From Candidatus Omnitrophota bacterium (GTDB taxonomy: Bacteria; Omnitrophota; Omnitrophia; JAHJGZ01; JAFGJY01): a stretch of DNA of 64,000 nt. The notes under the pieces are model-generated. The model was not told the DNA's origin and ran no database searches. It saw only the letters and a program-made list of their open reading frames with translations. Both the position numbers and the translations under genes were made by a program. Position 1 is the stretch's first letter. Every line of letters begins with the position of its first letter. Positions 26,527 through 36,983 of this stretch are shown in pieces. The stretch covers positions 6,064 through 70,063 of the forward strand of contig JAFGJY010000116.1 in assembly GCA_016928875.1 (NCBI GenBank), given 5' to 3'.

Positions 26527-28584
26527 TCAATTATTGATATCTGATAATTCGAGACTATTCTCCCGATTAAACAGCATTTTACTACGAAGATCGCTATCAG
26601 GAAAGTGCTCTAATAAATAAAATGCATCTCGCCGGGCCGCCTCAAGAATTTTCTGGTCGGTCATAATATTGGCCAAGAAAAAGAGCGGCACCCCGCTTTG
26701 GCGTGTTCCTAAGAAATCACCCGGGCCCCGCAATTTAAGGTCCTCTTCAGCAATGACGAATCCGTCAGTGGTCTTTGTCATAACGGTCAGCCTCTGCCGG
26801 CCATCGTCCGTCTTGGGGTCACCGACCAAAAAACAGTATGATTCTTGCGCTCCTCGGCCTACTCTCCCTCGTAATTGATGGAGTTGTGAGAGACCGAACC
26901 GCTCGGCGTGTTCGATGACCATACACGTTGCGTTGGGGTTGTCGATCCCGACCTCTATGACCGTCGTTGCTACCAGGATCTTTATCTCACCATGCTTAAA
27001 ACGGCGCATAATATCTTCTTTCTCGTCCCTCTTCAAACGTCCGTGGATCAAGCCCACGCTCATCCCCTTGAAAACGGTTTGACGCAAGCGATCATACTCT
27101 TTCGTCGCTGCCTTAAGATCAAGTTTTTCAGTTTCTTCAACGAGCGGAAAAAGAAAGTATATCTGTTCACCCTGCACGATCCTTTTCTTAAGAAAGTCGA
27201 ACATGTCCTTTTCCTTAAGCCTCCCGACCCAATAGGTACGGATCGGTTTTCTGCCTTTGGGCATTTCACGAATAACGGAGATCTTAAGGTCGCCGTACAC
27301 AGTCAATCCGAGCGTGCGCGGTATAGGCGTAGCGGTCATGACCAAAAGATGAGGGCGATGTTCATTATTAAGCAAGTTTGCCCGTTGCTTAACGCCGAAT
27401 TTATGCTGCTCATCGATCACCACAAGACCTAAATTCTTAAACGTAACATCTTCTTCAAGCAGCGCGTGTGTCCCGATCACAATATCCAACTCTCCCTGCT
27501 GCATCCGCTCGATGATACTTTTGCGGTCCTTCTTCCCTGTGCTCCCGGTAAGCGCCCCTATCCGGATGTTGAACGGTTCCAAAAATTGCTGCAATGTCGC
27601 ACAGTGTTGATCAACTAAGATCTCGGTCGGGATCAGGAATGCTACTTGGTATCCCGCTGCAATGACACAGCGCATCGCAGTACACGCAACAAGGGTCTTG
27701 CCCGAACCTACGTCGCCCTGCAGCAACCTGTTCATCGGAGACTCGGCATTGAGATCTTCAACGATCTCACCAATGACTTTTTCCTGGTCCCCTGTAAGCT
27801 CAAACGGCAAGGAGGCGCACAATGATCGGACACCTTCTGCGACGTTTGCAACCTTAAAGACGTTTGTCGCTTTTTGATTGTCTTTGAACCGCTTGGCGAT
27901 CCCAAGCTGAAAACACAGAAATTCCTCATATACGATGCGTCGCTTTGCATGCTCTAAAAGTCCCAATGACTCCGGAAAATGGATATTTTGCAAGGCAGTA
28001 TCCACATCGATAAAATCATATTTCTCCATGATCACATCCGGCATATATTCCTGCAAACAGCCACGCACTTCGGCCACAAGCGCAAACATTATCGAACGAA
28101 TGTTCTTTTGCCGCAATCCTTCCTTTAGCGGATAAATAGGCACTATCCGCCCGGTATGGATGGTCTCATCTTCATCATCCTCGATAAATTCATACTCGGG
28201 CGTTTTGATCTGCAGGCCGCGATAATATTCAACGACACCGCTCAATACAACATGTTGTCCCTCTTTAAATATCTTTTTTAAGAATGGCTGGTTGAACCAC
28301 ACCGCTGCTATTGACGAAGTCCCATCGCTTATTATGACCTCAAAAAGCGACATACTGCGTAACGGCCTTATCCGCGCTTTGACAACTTGTCCTTGCAATG
28401 TAACAAATTCGCCGGGGCTTACGCTCTCGATCGTTTTGAAATTCGCTCGGTCTTCATGTCGGTGCGGGAAAAAAGCAAGCAGATCGCCAACATGAGTGAT
28501 ACCCATCTTCTGGAAAAGCATTGCCTTTTTGGGGCCGACCCCCTTCAAGTACCGCACTTCTTGTTCCAATAAGTTACTCTTCAT
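26527..28584 (-). CDS. recG: ATP-dependent DNA helicase RecG
   Basis: 685 aa. Wedge domain, Walker A GDVGSGKT, DEQH box and QLRGRVGRG motif VI. Confidence 0.93.
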   Translation of the reverse strand: MKSNLLEQEVRYLKGVGPKKAMLFQKMGITHVGDLLAFFPHRHEDRANFKTIESVSPGEFVTLQGQVVKARIRPLRSMSLFEVIISDGTSSIAAVWFNQPFLKKIFKEGQHVVLSGVVEYYRGLQIKTPEYEFIEDDEDETIHTGRIVPIYPLKEGLRQKNIRSIMFALVAEVRGCLQEYMPDVIMEKYDFIDVDTALQNIHFPESLGLLEHAKRRIVYEEFLCFQLGIAKRFKDNQKATNVFKVANVAEGVRSLCASLPFELTGDQEKVIGEIVEDLNAESPMNRLLQGDVGSGKTLVACTAMRCVIAAGYQVAFLIPTEILVDQHCATLQQFLEPFNIRIGALTGSTGKKDRKSIIERMQQGELDIVIGTHALLEEDVTFKNLGLVVIDEQHKFGVKQRANLLNNEHRPHLLVMTATPIPRTLGLTVYGDLKISVIREMPKGRKPIRTYWVGRLKEKDMFDFLKKRIVQGEQIYFLFPLVEETEKLDLKAATKEYDRLRQTVFKGMSVGLIHGRLKRDEKEDIMRRFKHGEIKILVATTVIEVGIDNPNATCMVIEHAERFGLSQLHQLRGRVGRGAQESYCFLVGDPKTDDGRQRLTVMTKTTDGFVIAEEDLKLRGPGDFLGTRQSGVPLFFLANIMTDQKILEAARRDAFYLLEHFPDSDLRSKMLFNRENSLELSDINN

Positions 28585-30307
28585 GTCTTCCTTTTGCTGT
28601 TACCTCCGGCCGGCATTCGATAAAACTCCACGGTAACGCAGTACGATCATTAATAGGATCATATAAATATTTAGCACAGTTAAAGTTGAGCTCTCTGGTC
28701 ACTGCCCACCACAGATCAGGATCAAAATGTTCTGCCCATCCGTCTAACCGGGCACCTTTCTGCCACGCATGCATAATAAGAGCACCAACAGCTCGATCCC
28801 CGCGCGAGAGCAGCGCTTCAAAAAAAGTGATCGGATAATTCGTCAGGCTGAGCTTTACCTGATGCAGTGGCATGAGCGCATCTCTTAATAACGACTGTTT
28901 GGCCTTAATGTTCTCTTCGCTCGCCAAGCCTTCACATTCAAGGTCAGTATGTGGTTTCGGCACAAATGTCGAGACACCGACATTAACACGAAACCGTTTT
29001 TTACGCGCTACGCGTGCCATAGCGAGGATCTTACGTATCAATTCTACGATCGCCTCGATATCACGCATGGTCTCGCCCGGCAAGCCCATCATGAAATAGA
29101 GCTTAATGGTATCATTGTTCGAGGCTAAAACGCTCTCAAGGGTCTTGAAGAAAATAGACACATCAATGTCCTTCTTTATACTATCCCTTAATTCTTCGGA
29201 GCCGGCCTCGAGCGCGAAGGTAAGGCCGGTTTTTCTTACTAACGATGAATAATCGGTCAATATCTTAAGCACCTTTTCAACCCTGAGTGAGGGAAATGAC
29301 ACCGAAACCTTCTCGACCGACAGTTCATTCGTCAACTCCATCAGCATTTCTTCGATCCCCGGATAATCACCAATACTGAGCGATTGTAAGGATACTTCCG
29401 CATATCCGGTATTGTCGATCACCTGCCGTACAAGCGATCTTATCTTTTCGCTGGTTCTCTTGCGCAAAGGCCAATATACGCTGCGCGCCTGACAGAATTT
29501 ACATTGACGCGGACACCCGCGCATCACTTCTACATTAGCACGTTCATGCACGATCCTGATATAGGGTATGATCGGCGCAGTCGGAAAATCAACACTATCA
29601 ATATCCCGCACTATCCTTTTATTTATCCGGCGTGTGATCTTTGGTTTTTTGAACTGCCCGGCCTCATCAAGCTCATACAACGAAGGTACATACACACCGT
29701 CACGGTCTTTTATCTGTTCAAAAAAGCGCTTTTTGCGGTCCTCCGGCGAACATTCTTTCTTTATATCTCTATATTCCTCTAAAAGTTCGGGAACGATCTC
29801 TTCACCATCTCCGATAACAAACACATCTATAAAGTCAGCTAAAGGTTCTGGGTTAACCGCACAAGGACCACCAGCAATAACAATCGGATGTTCATGCGTT
29901 CTCTCCTGCGAATAGAGCGGTATGCGGCCGAGGTTTAATATCGCGAGGACTTGCGTATAATGCAACTCGTATTGAAGTGAGAATCCGACCATATCGAATG
30001 CGAACAGAGGGACTTTTGTTTCGATCGAAAAAAGTGGTGTGTCTGTGGCGTGCAGACGCGCTTCCATGTCCGGTGCAGGTGCAAATACCCGTTCACAGAC
30101 AAAGTGCTCGTTCTTGTTGATGATCGAATACAAGATCTGAAGACCAACATGTGACATGCCGATCTCATAAAGATCAGGGAACGCAAAGACAAACGCCACC
30201 ATGGCAGGTGTCCATTCCTTGATAACCGAATTAACTTCGTTACCGATATAGCGTCCGGGTTTCTGCACACCTTCTAGCACTGTGTCCAGGTCTATGATCG
30301 TCTTCAT
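28574..30307 (-). CDS. radical SAM protein, TIGR03960-like (B12-binding-like N-domain)
   Basis: 577 aa. MRGCPRQCKFCQA (CX3CX2C). The overall layout matches the family that is usually paired with DUF2344/TIGR03936. Confidence 0.75.
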   Translation of the reverse strand: MKTIIDLDTVLEGVQKPGRYIGNEVNSVIKEWTPAMVAFVFAFPDLYEIGMSHVGLQILYSIINKNEHFVCERVFAPAPDMEARLHATDTPLFSIETKVPLFAFDMVGFSLQYELHYTQVLAILNLGRIPLYSQERTHEHPIVIAGGPCAVNPEPLADFIDVFVIGDGEEIVPELLEEYRDIKKECSPEDRKKRFFEQIKDRDGVYVPSLYELDEAGQFKKPKITRRINKRIVRDIDSVDFPTAPIIPYIRIVHERANVEVMRGCPRQCKFCQARSVYWPLRKRTSEKIRSLVRQVIDNTGYAEVSLQSLSIGDYPGIEEMLMELTNELSVEKVSVSFPSLRVEKVLKILTDYSSLVRKTGLTFALEAGSEELRDSIKKDIDVSIFFKTLESVLASNNDTIKLYFMMGLPGETMRDIEAIVELIRKILAMARVARKKRFRVNVGVSTFVPKPHTDLECEGLASEENIKAKQSLLRDALMPLHQVKLSLTNYPITFFEALLSRGDRAVGALIMHAWQKGARLDGWAEHFDPDLWWAVTRELNFNCAKYLYDPINDRTALPWSFIECRPEVTAKGRHEE

Positions 30308-30318
30308 AAAGCACTACC

Positions 30319-31410
30319 TCAAAATATCGAACGTTCTTTGAATATACTGACAAGCAGTCCGAAGGAAATGAAAAAAGTGAGCAAGGAAGACCCCCCATAA
30401 CTTATGAGGGGCAATGGTAATCCGGTTACCGGCATAAGGCCGATGGTCATACCGATATTGATGAAAATATGGAAAAATACCATGGCTATGATACCGGTAG
30501 CTAACAACTTTCCGGAAACATCGGTGGTACGACGGATGGCCATAAAAGAAAGCCGAAAGAGAAGAACGAATAAAAGGAAAAAGACCACTATCGAGATAAA
30601 GCCTCCCTCCTCTCCCACGACCGAAAAAATAAAATCTGTGTGATGTTCCGGGACAAAATAGAGTTTATTTTGTGTACCCTGCAACCACCCTTTACCTAAA
30701 AACCCGCCGGAACCGATAGCGATCTTGGATTGTATGACGGTATAACTTGCCCCCAATGGATCGCGATTGGGATCAATAAACGCGAATAAACGGTCCTTTT
30801 GGTATGGCTTCAGCAACATCCATAAAAAAGGCAGTGAAGACAATCCAAGAACGATCGTCATCAAGAAATATTTAAGTTTCGCGCCCCACACATATAACAT
30901 ACACAGCAGGATCGGTATAAATATAAGCGATGTCCCAAGATCAGGCTCCTTTAACACCAGAACAAGCGGAACAATGGTCATGATAAACGCAATAATAAAA
31001 CGACGTATTTGATATAAATTCTTTTTACGCCTGCCAAGATAGTGTGATAATGCCAATATAACCGCGATCTTGCTAAATTCCGAAGGTTGAAAACTAAACG
31101 GCCCCACATAAAGCCACCGTTGTGCTCCGTATCGCCGCGTACCGAAGACAAGGACCATGATCAAAAGTATCAACGTAACCACATATAAGACATATGAAAT
31201 ATTCAAAAATGATTTATATCCTATAGAAACAACTCCCAAAAAAACCATTAAACCGACCGCAATACGAACCATTTGCCGTAATGCCAGCATACCCTGTTCT
31301 GATCCAATGTTATACGATGCACTATAAAGAAAAAAGATGCCCCATAATGCGATGCCCAGGATCACAAGGAAAAAAGACCAATAAAATCGAGTAAATGATG
31401 TTTGAGACAT
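30319..31410 (-). CDS. rodA: rod shape-determining protein RodA (SEDS family)
   Basis: 363 aa, polytopic. PSEFSKI and TDFIFSVVGEE motifs. Adjacent to mrdA. Confidence 0.9.
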   Translation of the reverse strand: MSQTSFTRFYWSFFLVILGIALWGIFFLYSASYNIGSEQGMLALRQMVRIAVGLMVFLGVVSIGYKSFLNISYVLYVVTLILLIMVLVFGTRRYGAQRWLYVGPFSFQPSEFSKIAVILALSHYLGRRKKNLYQIRRFIIAFIMTIVPLVLVLKEPDLGTSLIFIPILLCMLYVWGAKLKYFLMTIVLGLSSLPFLWMLLKPYQKDRLFAFIDPNRDPLGASYTVIQSKIAIGSGGFLGKGWLQGTQNKLYFVPEHHTDFIFSVVGEEGGFISIVVFFLLFVLLFRLSFMAIRRTTDVSGKLLATGIIAMVFFHIFINIGMTIGLMPVTGLPLPLISYGGSSLLTFFISFGLLVSIFKERSIF

Positions 31411-31411
31411 T

Positions 31412-33136
31412 TTATACGCCCGTCTGTTCTCTTTCTTCTTTTAATGCAAGCCATTCATCAGCGATCTGCCCAGCATAGCTGGCCGCGACAACACCGCCTG
31501 ATCCAGCATGCTCACCCATTACCACGATCGCGATCTGCGGATCATTATAAGGAAAAAAACCGGTATACCATGAGTGCGGTTCTCCGGTCGTTTGCGCAGT
31601 GCCGGTCTTGCCAGCCATCTTAAAAAAGGTCGGCCGTGCCAAATGGCCGGTTCCCCATTCTGATTCGATCGCCATCAACATACATCTGCGGACGATCGCC
31701 AGGTTTTGGTGGGTTATCGGAACACGATTTTCCACATAGGGCATCCCTTTGACAATATGCGGTTCCACGACCTTCCCATCGGCCGCAATGGCAGCTACCA
31801 TCTTCACAACTTGCAATGGGGTTACCAGCAAGTATCCCTGTCCGATCGCGTAATTAACGGTTTCACCTGCATACCAACGTTCATTAAGAATAGCTTTCTT
31901 CCATAAGGCATCCGGTACCAAGCCGGATTTACCATACGGCAATCCGATATTGATCGGCTCACCAAAGCCAAACATGCGAGCATACCGTGCTATCCGTGCA
32001 TTCCCCAGTTTTAAACCCACTTGATAAAAAAAGACATTACACGATTCAGAAATGGCATCAACCAAGGTCATATCACCATGGCCGCTTTCTCTCCAGCACT
32101 TGAACTCACGCGAACGGTCATTCAACCTGAATGCACCGGAACAGTGTAATACTGTGTTAGAATGAATAACGCCTTCCTGCAATGCTGCAACGGCAATAAG
32201 GACCTTGAATATCGATCCAGGTGCATACGAAAAACTTATTGGTCGATTGATGAACGGATGCCGTTCATCCTTAAGCGCCTCTACTCGATCGTCGCTTTTA
32301 TTTGGATCGACAAAAATATTTGGATCAAAAAGCGGTGTGCTGACCAAAGCCAAGATCTCACCACTATGTATGTTCAAGATACATGTGGAAATACTGTGTT
32401 CTGGTGCGATCAAGTTAATGATACGTATTTGCAACTCTGCATCGATCGTAAGGTGCACATCTGAACCGATCTCGGCGTCCTTTTCACTGAGGATCCTCAG
32501 TTGCTGCCCCTTAGCGTTTACCTCGATCTGCCGCCCGCCGGGGTTACCCATAAGTTCTTCGTTATATGTTTTCTCGATACCGAGCCTGCCAATGGAATCA
32601 TTGAACAACCACCCTTGATGTTTATGAGCAGCATATTCTTCCGGATCTATCTTGCCAATATAACCAATAATATGGCACAATGCTTCCCCCTCGGGATAAT
32701 AACGCAAACTATCTTGCGTTATAACGAGCCCTCCCACAAGCGTACTCAGTTCTTCAAGCCTGAACATCGCAGTGCGGCTTATATCTTTCTTGATCAAGGC
32801 GGGAGACGTCGGGTCGAATGAATGCTTTGACTTTTCAATGACTTCATTCAATTTTGATTCATCTTCGCCCAATATCGCGGCAAGTTGCGGCACAGATTCA
32901 ATATTAAAGTCATCCGGGATTATGTAAAGATTGAAGATGGATTTATTATCGGCAAGAACACGGTCAAAACGATCGAAGATCCTGCCACGCGGAGCTGATA
33001 TAGGAATAGTACGGATGCGGTTATCCTCACTCATGCGCCGATACTCCGGCCCATGAATGATCTGTACGTTAAAAAAACCACATAACAAGAAGATCAACAA
33101 AATATAAATAACGCTCTCTAAGATCTTATCTCTCAT
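31412..33136 (-). CDS. mrdA: penicillin-binding protein 2 (elongasome transpeptidase)
   Basis: 574 aa. SxxK (PGSIFK), SxN-type and KTGTA motifs. mre/rodA context. Confidence 0.9.
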   Translation of the reverse strand: MRDKILESVIYILLIFLLCGFFNVQIIHGPEYRRMSEDNRIRTIPISAPRGRIFDRFDRVLADNKSIFNLYIIPDDFNIESVPQLAAILGEDESKLNEVIEKSKHSFDPTSPALIKKDISRTAMFRLEELSTLVGGLVITQDSLRYYPEGEALCHIIGYIGKIDPEEYAAHKHQGWLFNDSIGRLGIEKTYNEELMGNPGGRQIEVNAKGQQLRILSEKDAEIGSDVHLTIDAELQIRIINLIAPEHSISTCILNIHSGEILALVSTPLFDPNIFVDPNKSDDRVEALKDERHPFINRPISFSYAPGSIFKVLIAVAALQEGVIHSNTVLHCSGAFRLNDRSREFKCWRESGHGDMTLVDAISESCNVFFYQVGLKLGNARIARYARMFGFGEPINIGLPYGKSGLVPDALWKKAILNERWYAGETVNYAIGQGYLLVTPLQVVKMVAAIAADGKVVEPHIVKGMPYVENRVPITHQNLAIVRRCMLMAIESEWGTGHLARPTFFKMAGKTGTAQTTGEPHSWYTGFFPYNDPQIAIVVMGEHAGSGGVVAASYAGQIADEWLALKEEREQTGV

Positions 33137-33154
33137 CGATGCAACCTAATACGG

Positions 33155-33661
33155 TCAAAATAGATTATATTGGCGTAAGCTATCCTTCATTATCGCTTTC
33201 AAGGCAGGCACCACAAAAAAAGCGCATATCATCGTATAAAAAACGCTTGGCACCGTTTCGGGGACAAAACACTGCCATGCACTGAATGTCATATCAAACA
33301 AAAACATAATGATCAAAATAATGCTCTGAACTAGAAGTACATATATACCTACTAATCCAACTTGGATCACGAGTAGATCTTGAGGAAATTTACGGCTCAA
33401 GAAAAACAAAGCGTGTGCTGCAACCCACAACGAAATTATGTTGACACCAAAATAATTCGAAGAGAAGATATCTTTACACAACCCTATGCACAGAGCGAAC
33501 AACAATAAACGGTGTTTTTTGACATAAAGCGCATAAAAGACCACAAGGATGGAAAGCAGGTCCGGCACTGTATTGCGGAAAGAAAAATACGGAAAAAAAT
33601 CAAACTGCAGGATAAAAAGTATAATAAAAACAATTATCAGCTTCACTCTTTTCTTAAGCAT
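33155..33661 (-). CDS. mreD: rod shape-determining protein MreD
   Basis: 168 aa, polytopic. Position directly after mreC. Confidence 0.75.
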   Translation of the reverse strand: MLKKRVKLIIVFIILFILQFDFFPYFSFRNTVPDLLSILVVFYALYVKKHRLLLFALCIGLCKDIFSSNYFGVNIISLWVAAHALFFLSRKFPQDLLVIQVGLVGIYVLLVQSIILIIMFLFDMTFSAWQCFVPETVPSVFYTMICAFFVVPALKAIMKDSLRQYNLF

Positions 33662-34437
33662 AAAACTTCCTCAAGCTTGGCGAATTCCACAAAAGGCCTC
33701 ACAAGCGCATATAACGAGAGATTGTTGCTTTCATTCCCGATCTGTTCTACACGCCCGATCGGAATACCTTTCGGATAGATATCACCAAACCCGGACGTAA
33801 TGACAACATCACCTACTTTTACCGACGATGTAATATCAAGACGTTTCAGCTTTAAAAGGCTCATAGGCGTCCCTTCAAGAATGCCGGCTTCACGCGTATC
33901 TTGAATGATCGCCGACACTCGTGCTTTGTTGTCAGAAAGCAAGATCGCACGCGCATGGTTCTCGCCGGCGGAGACGACATGGCCCACCAATCCTTCATGG
34001 CTCATGAGGACAGTTCCTATATCAATGTTGTCTTTTTTGCCGCGGTTAATAATGATGAAATCAGAGAACGGCGACATGTCCCGCCCTATCACCTGCGCGC
34101 TTATACCACCAAAGTCGATCTGTCCCTCGAAATTAAGCAATGAACGCAATCGCTCATTTTCGCGTGACATTTCCTCAAACTTGATAAGTTGCGTCTTAAG
34201 ACGTGAATTCTCAAGCCGTAAATGCTCCCTTTCTTTATATACATCGACTGACTCTTTTAATTTGGTGATCCCGCTCGAAAAATTAAAGAAAAGAAAATTT
34301 GCCGTGGAAAGGAACCCTTCTGATATATCAAGTGCGGTCGTACGGATCGCGTCTTTTGCGTTTGTAGTATTAATTACTAGTAAAATAGCGATCAAAGCGA
34401 TAAAAAAAAGCGCATTAACGTATTTGTTCCGCATCAT
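33643..34437 (-). CDS. mreC: rod shape-determining protein MreC
   Basis: 264 aa. TM, coiled coil (ENSRLKTQL...ENERLRSLL) and C-terminal VITSGFGDIYPKGIPIGRV. Confidence 0.9.
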   Translation of the reverse strand: MMRNKYVNALFFIALIAILLVINTTNAKDAIRTTALDISEGFLSTANFLFFNFSSGITKLKESVDVYKEREHLRLENSRLKTQLIKFEEMSRENERLRSLLNFEGQIDFGGISAQVIGRDMSPFSDFIIINRGKKDNIDIGTVLMSHEGLVGHVVSAGENHARAILLSDNKARVSAIIQDTREAGILEGTPMSLLKLKRLDITSSVKVGDVVITSGFGDIYPKGIPIGRVEQIGNESNNLSLYALVRPFVEFAKLEEVLCLRKE

Positions 34438-34478
34438 AAAACATACAGGGTGTTTGGAGGGTTTGATAAAGGTAATAA

Positions 34479-34500
34479 GGACAGGTCATACAACCTGTCC
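34479..34500 (-). repeat. REP-like hairpin (AGGGACAGGT family) between mreB and mreC
   Basis: Minus strand (TA)GGGACAGGT-tgtatg-ACCTGTCC(TT). 8-bp stem, followed by TTATTACCTTTAT. Confidence 0.7.
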
Positions 34501-34542
34501 CTATCTGTTTTTTGGTCACGCTTTATAGACTATCCGCTACGG

Positions 34543-35580
34543 CTATTTGCCCCGCACAGCGACTTTTTTGAGGAACGAAATTTCACTTAATGCCCGTCCC
34601 GTCCCAAGCGCTATCGCAGTAAGCGGATCATCGGCAATATGAACAGCTAATCCTGTTTCTTCTGATATGATCTTATCAAGGCCTTTCAACAATGCCCCGC
34701 CGCCGGCAAGAATGAGCCCGCGATCAACAAGGTCAGCGGACAATTCCGGAGGGGTCTTCTCTAGCGTGATCCTGATCGCATCAAGAATGGATGAGATCGG
34801 TTCAGAAAGGGCTTCGCGGATCTCTTCGCTCGTGATCATCACGGTCTTCGGCAGGCCAGCCAGAATATCCCTTCCCTTCACTTCCAATTTAAGTTCTTCT
34901 GCTAACGGATACGCCGAACCAATCGTCACTTTAACATGTTCGGCGGTCCTCTCCCCGATCAAAAGATTATAGGTCTTACGCATGTGTTGGATGATCGCAT
35001 CGTCACATTCGTCACCGCCGATCCGGATCGATTTCGAATAAACGATCCCCGCTAGTGATATCACGGCCATTTCTGTTGTGCCGCCACCGATATCAATGAT
35101 CATATTACCGCCCGGTTCATGGATCGGCAACCCAACACCGATCGCCGCTGCGATCGGCTCCTCGATCAAATAGACCGGGGACCGTGCTCCAGCACGTTCG
35201 GCTGAATCACGCACGGCTCTCTTTTCAACTTCCGTAATACCACTCGGGACTGCGATCACGACCCGCGGACTGATAAGGCTGTTCTTAGAATTCACTTTCC
35301 GGATAAAGTAACGCAACATCGCTTCCGTTATGTCAAAGTCTGCGATCACCCCATCCTTTAAAGGACGGATCGCAACAATATTCCCCGGAGTGCGCCCGAG
35401 CATCCGTTTTGCTTCTTCACCGACTGCCAAAACGCTATTGGTATCTTTTTCGACCGCAACTACTGACGGCTCACATAACACAACACCTTGTCCTTTGACA
35501 TATACAAGCGTATTTGCTGTCCCTAGGTCAATTCCCATATCGCTCGAAAAAAAGCCTAACAGATTATTCAAAAATAACAT
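34543..35580 (-). CDS. mreB: rod shape-determining protein MreB
   Basis: 345 aa, actin fold. DLGTANTLV and IDIGGGTTE motifs. Confidence 0.95.
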   Translation of the reverse strand: MLFLNNLLGFFSSDMGIDLGTANTLVYVKGQGVVLCEPSVVAVEKDTNSVLAVGEEAKRMLGRTPGNIVAIRPLKDGVIADFDITEAMLRYFIRKVNSKNSLISPRVVIAVPSGITEVEKRAVRDSAERAGARSPVYLIEEPIAAAIGVGLPIHEPGGNMIIDIGGGTTEMAVISLAGIVYSKSIRIGGDECDDAIIQHMRKTYNLLIGERTAEHVKVTIGSAYPLAEELKLEVKGRDILAGLPKTVMITSEEIREALSEPISSILDAIRITLEKTPPELSADLVDRGLILAGGGALLKGLDKIISEETGLAVHIADDPLTAIALGTGRALSEISFLKKVAVRGK

Positions 35581-35690
35581 CGAATGATCCTTTCAACTTG
35601 AAGGTGGTTAGTGATGTATTTTAGTATATTCTAGTATGTAGTCCTATTGCAGTAATAGAGGTTTATAATAATACTTTTGAAGGTTTGTAA

Positions 35691-35719
35691 ACTATACATG
35701 AACCATAACTTATTGTCAA
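35691..35719 (-). promoter_or_regulatory. sigma70-type promoter upstream of mreB
   Basis: Minus strand TTGACA (35714-35719), 17-nt spacer, TATAGT (35691-35696). It would give a 5' UTR of about 105 nt. Confidence 0.55.
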
Positions 35720-35781
35720 GTATGAATATAAGTAACAATCCCGAATCATACTACAATAAAATACCTTACGTATAACTAACC

Positions 35782-36948
35782 CTAAGAAAGACAACGTTTA
35801 TACACATTATCTATGTCATGCACCATCTTTTCTTTGGAAAATAAGGCCACGGCCTTTTGTTTTCCATTTTTGGAAAATTGCCTCCGCAAAGAAGGTAAAT
35901 TTACAAGTAAAAGCAGTTGTTTTGCGAGAGCTTCGATCTGTTGCGGAGCAACCAAAAAACCGTTGACACCATCATCAATAACATCACGTGCCCCGTCAAT
36001 ATCATACGCAACCACAGGACGATCTGATAAGAAGGCCTGCGGCACTACGCGTGGCAATCCTTCACGGAGTGAAACATGTACCACAATATCAAATGCCTGT
36101 AAATAAAGCGGTATCTCTTCGGGTTGTATCAGTGCGGTGAAAATAATATGGTTCGCGATCCCTAATCTTTGTGCTTTTGCTTTCAGAGAACGTTCCAATA
36201 TCCCTCCGCCTACAAATACAAAATATGTTTTGGGCGACTTGTCAATAATGATCTTTGCCGCATCAAGTAAATACGTATGACCTTTAAGGTGAAAAAGCCT
36301 TGCGACCTTGCCGATCACGATCCCATCATCGGGGATCCCCCATTTTTTCCGAAGCGCGCATGCTTCTTCATCATGCGATAGAATAAAACTTTCTATATCA
36401 AGCCCGCTATACACCGTTTTGAATTTCCCCTCAGGCGCTATATGGGCGTCAACCGCTTGTTTAATCATAGCATTGCATACCGTAATAATAACATCGGTAA
36501 ACCGTGCTACCCAACGTTCACAATGCTTATATATTGTATTTCTTGCCCACGATTCATAAGGATGAAACGGTAATCCGTGGATCGTATGTATGATAGTTTT
36601 TATTTTCGCACAACGCGCGGCAAGCCGGCCTAATATACCGGCTTTAGAGCTATGGGTATGGACTATATCGAAGCCTTCTCGTCTGAGAATGGCAAGAAGA
36701 TGAAAAAAAGCGATACTATCATAGAGGGGATTTATATTTCTACGCAATGTAGGAACTACTATCATCTTAATGTTCTTAGCGATAATTTGATCGACGAGGC
36801 TTCCCTCGGGCCCGTACGTCGGCCCACTGATCAACGTCACTTCATAGTCGGGCATGGACATCAACCCTTCTACAGTGTAAAGCGTATTCTCTTGCGCGCC
36901 GCCGATGATCATGCGTGTAATGATATGAGCGACCTTGATCTTTTTCAC
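35782..36948 (-). CDS. glycosyltransferase family 4 (GT-B)
   Basis: 388 aa. N-terminal ITRMIIGGAQ, HTHSSKAG and a C-terminal EGLPRV-type E-x7-E region. Confidence 0.8.
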   Translation of the reverse strand: MKKIKVAHIITRMIIGGAQENTLYTVEGLMSMPDYEVTLISGPTYGPEGSLVDQIIAKNIKMIVVPTLRRNINPLYDSIAFFHLLAILRREGFDIVHTHSSKAGILGRLAARCAKIKTIIHTIHGLPFHPYESWARNTIYKHCERWVARFTDVIITVCNAMIKQAVDAHIAPEGKFKTVYSGLDIESFILSHDEEACALRKKWGIPDDGIVIGKVARLFHLKGHTYLLDAAKIIIDKSPKTYFVFVGGGILERSLKAKAQRLGIANHIIFTALIQPEEIPLYLQAFDIVVHVSLREGLPRVVPQAFLSDRPVVAYDIDGARDVIDDGVNGFLVAPQQIEALAKQLLLLVNLPSLRRQFSKNGKQKAVALFSKEKMVHDIDNVYKRCLS

Positions 36949-36983
36949 GGATCGATCCTTCAGTGCGGATTATCTAAAGATAT

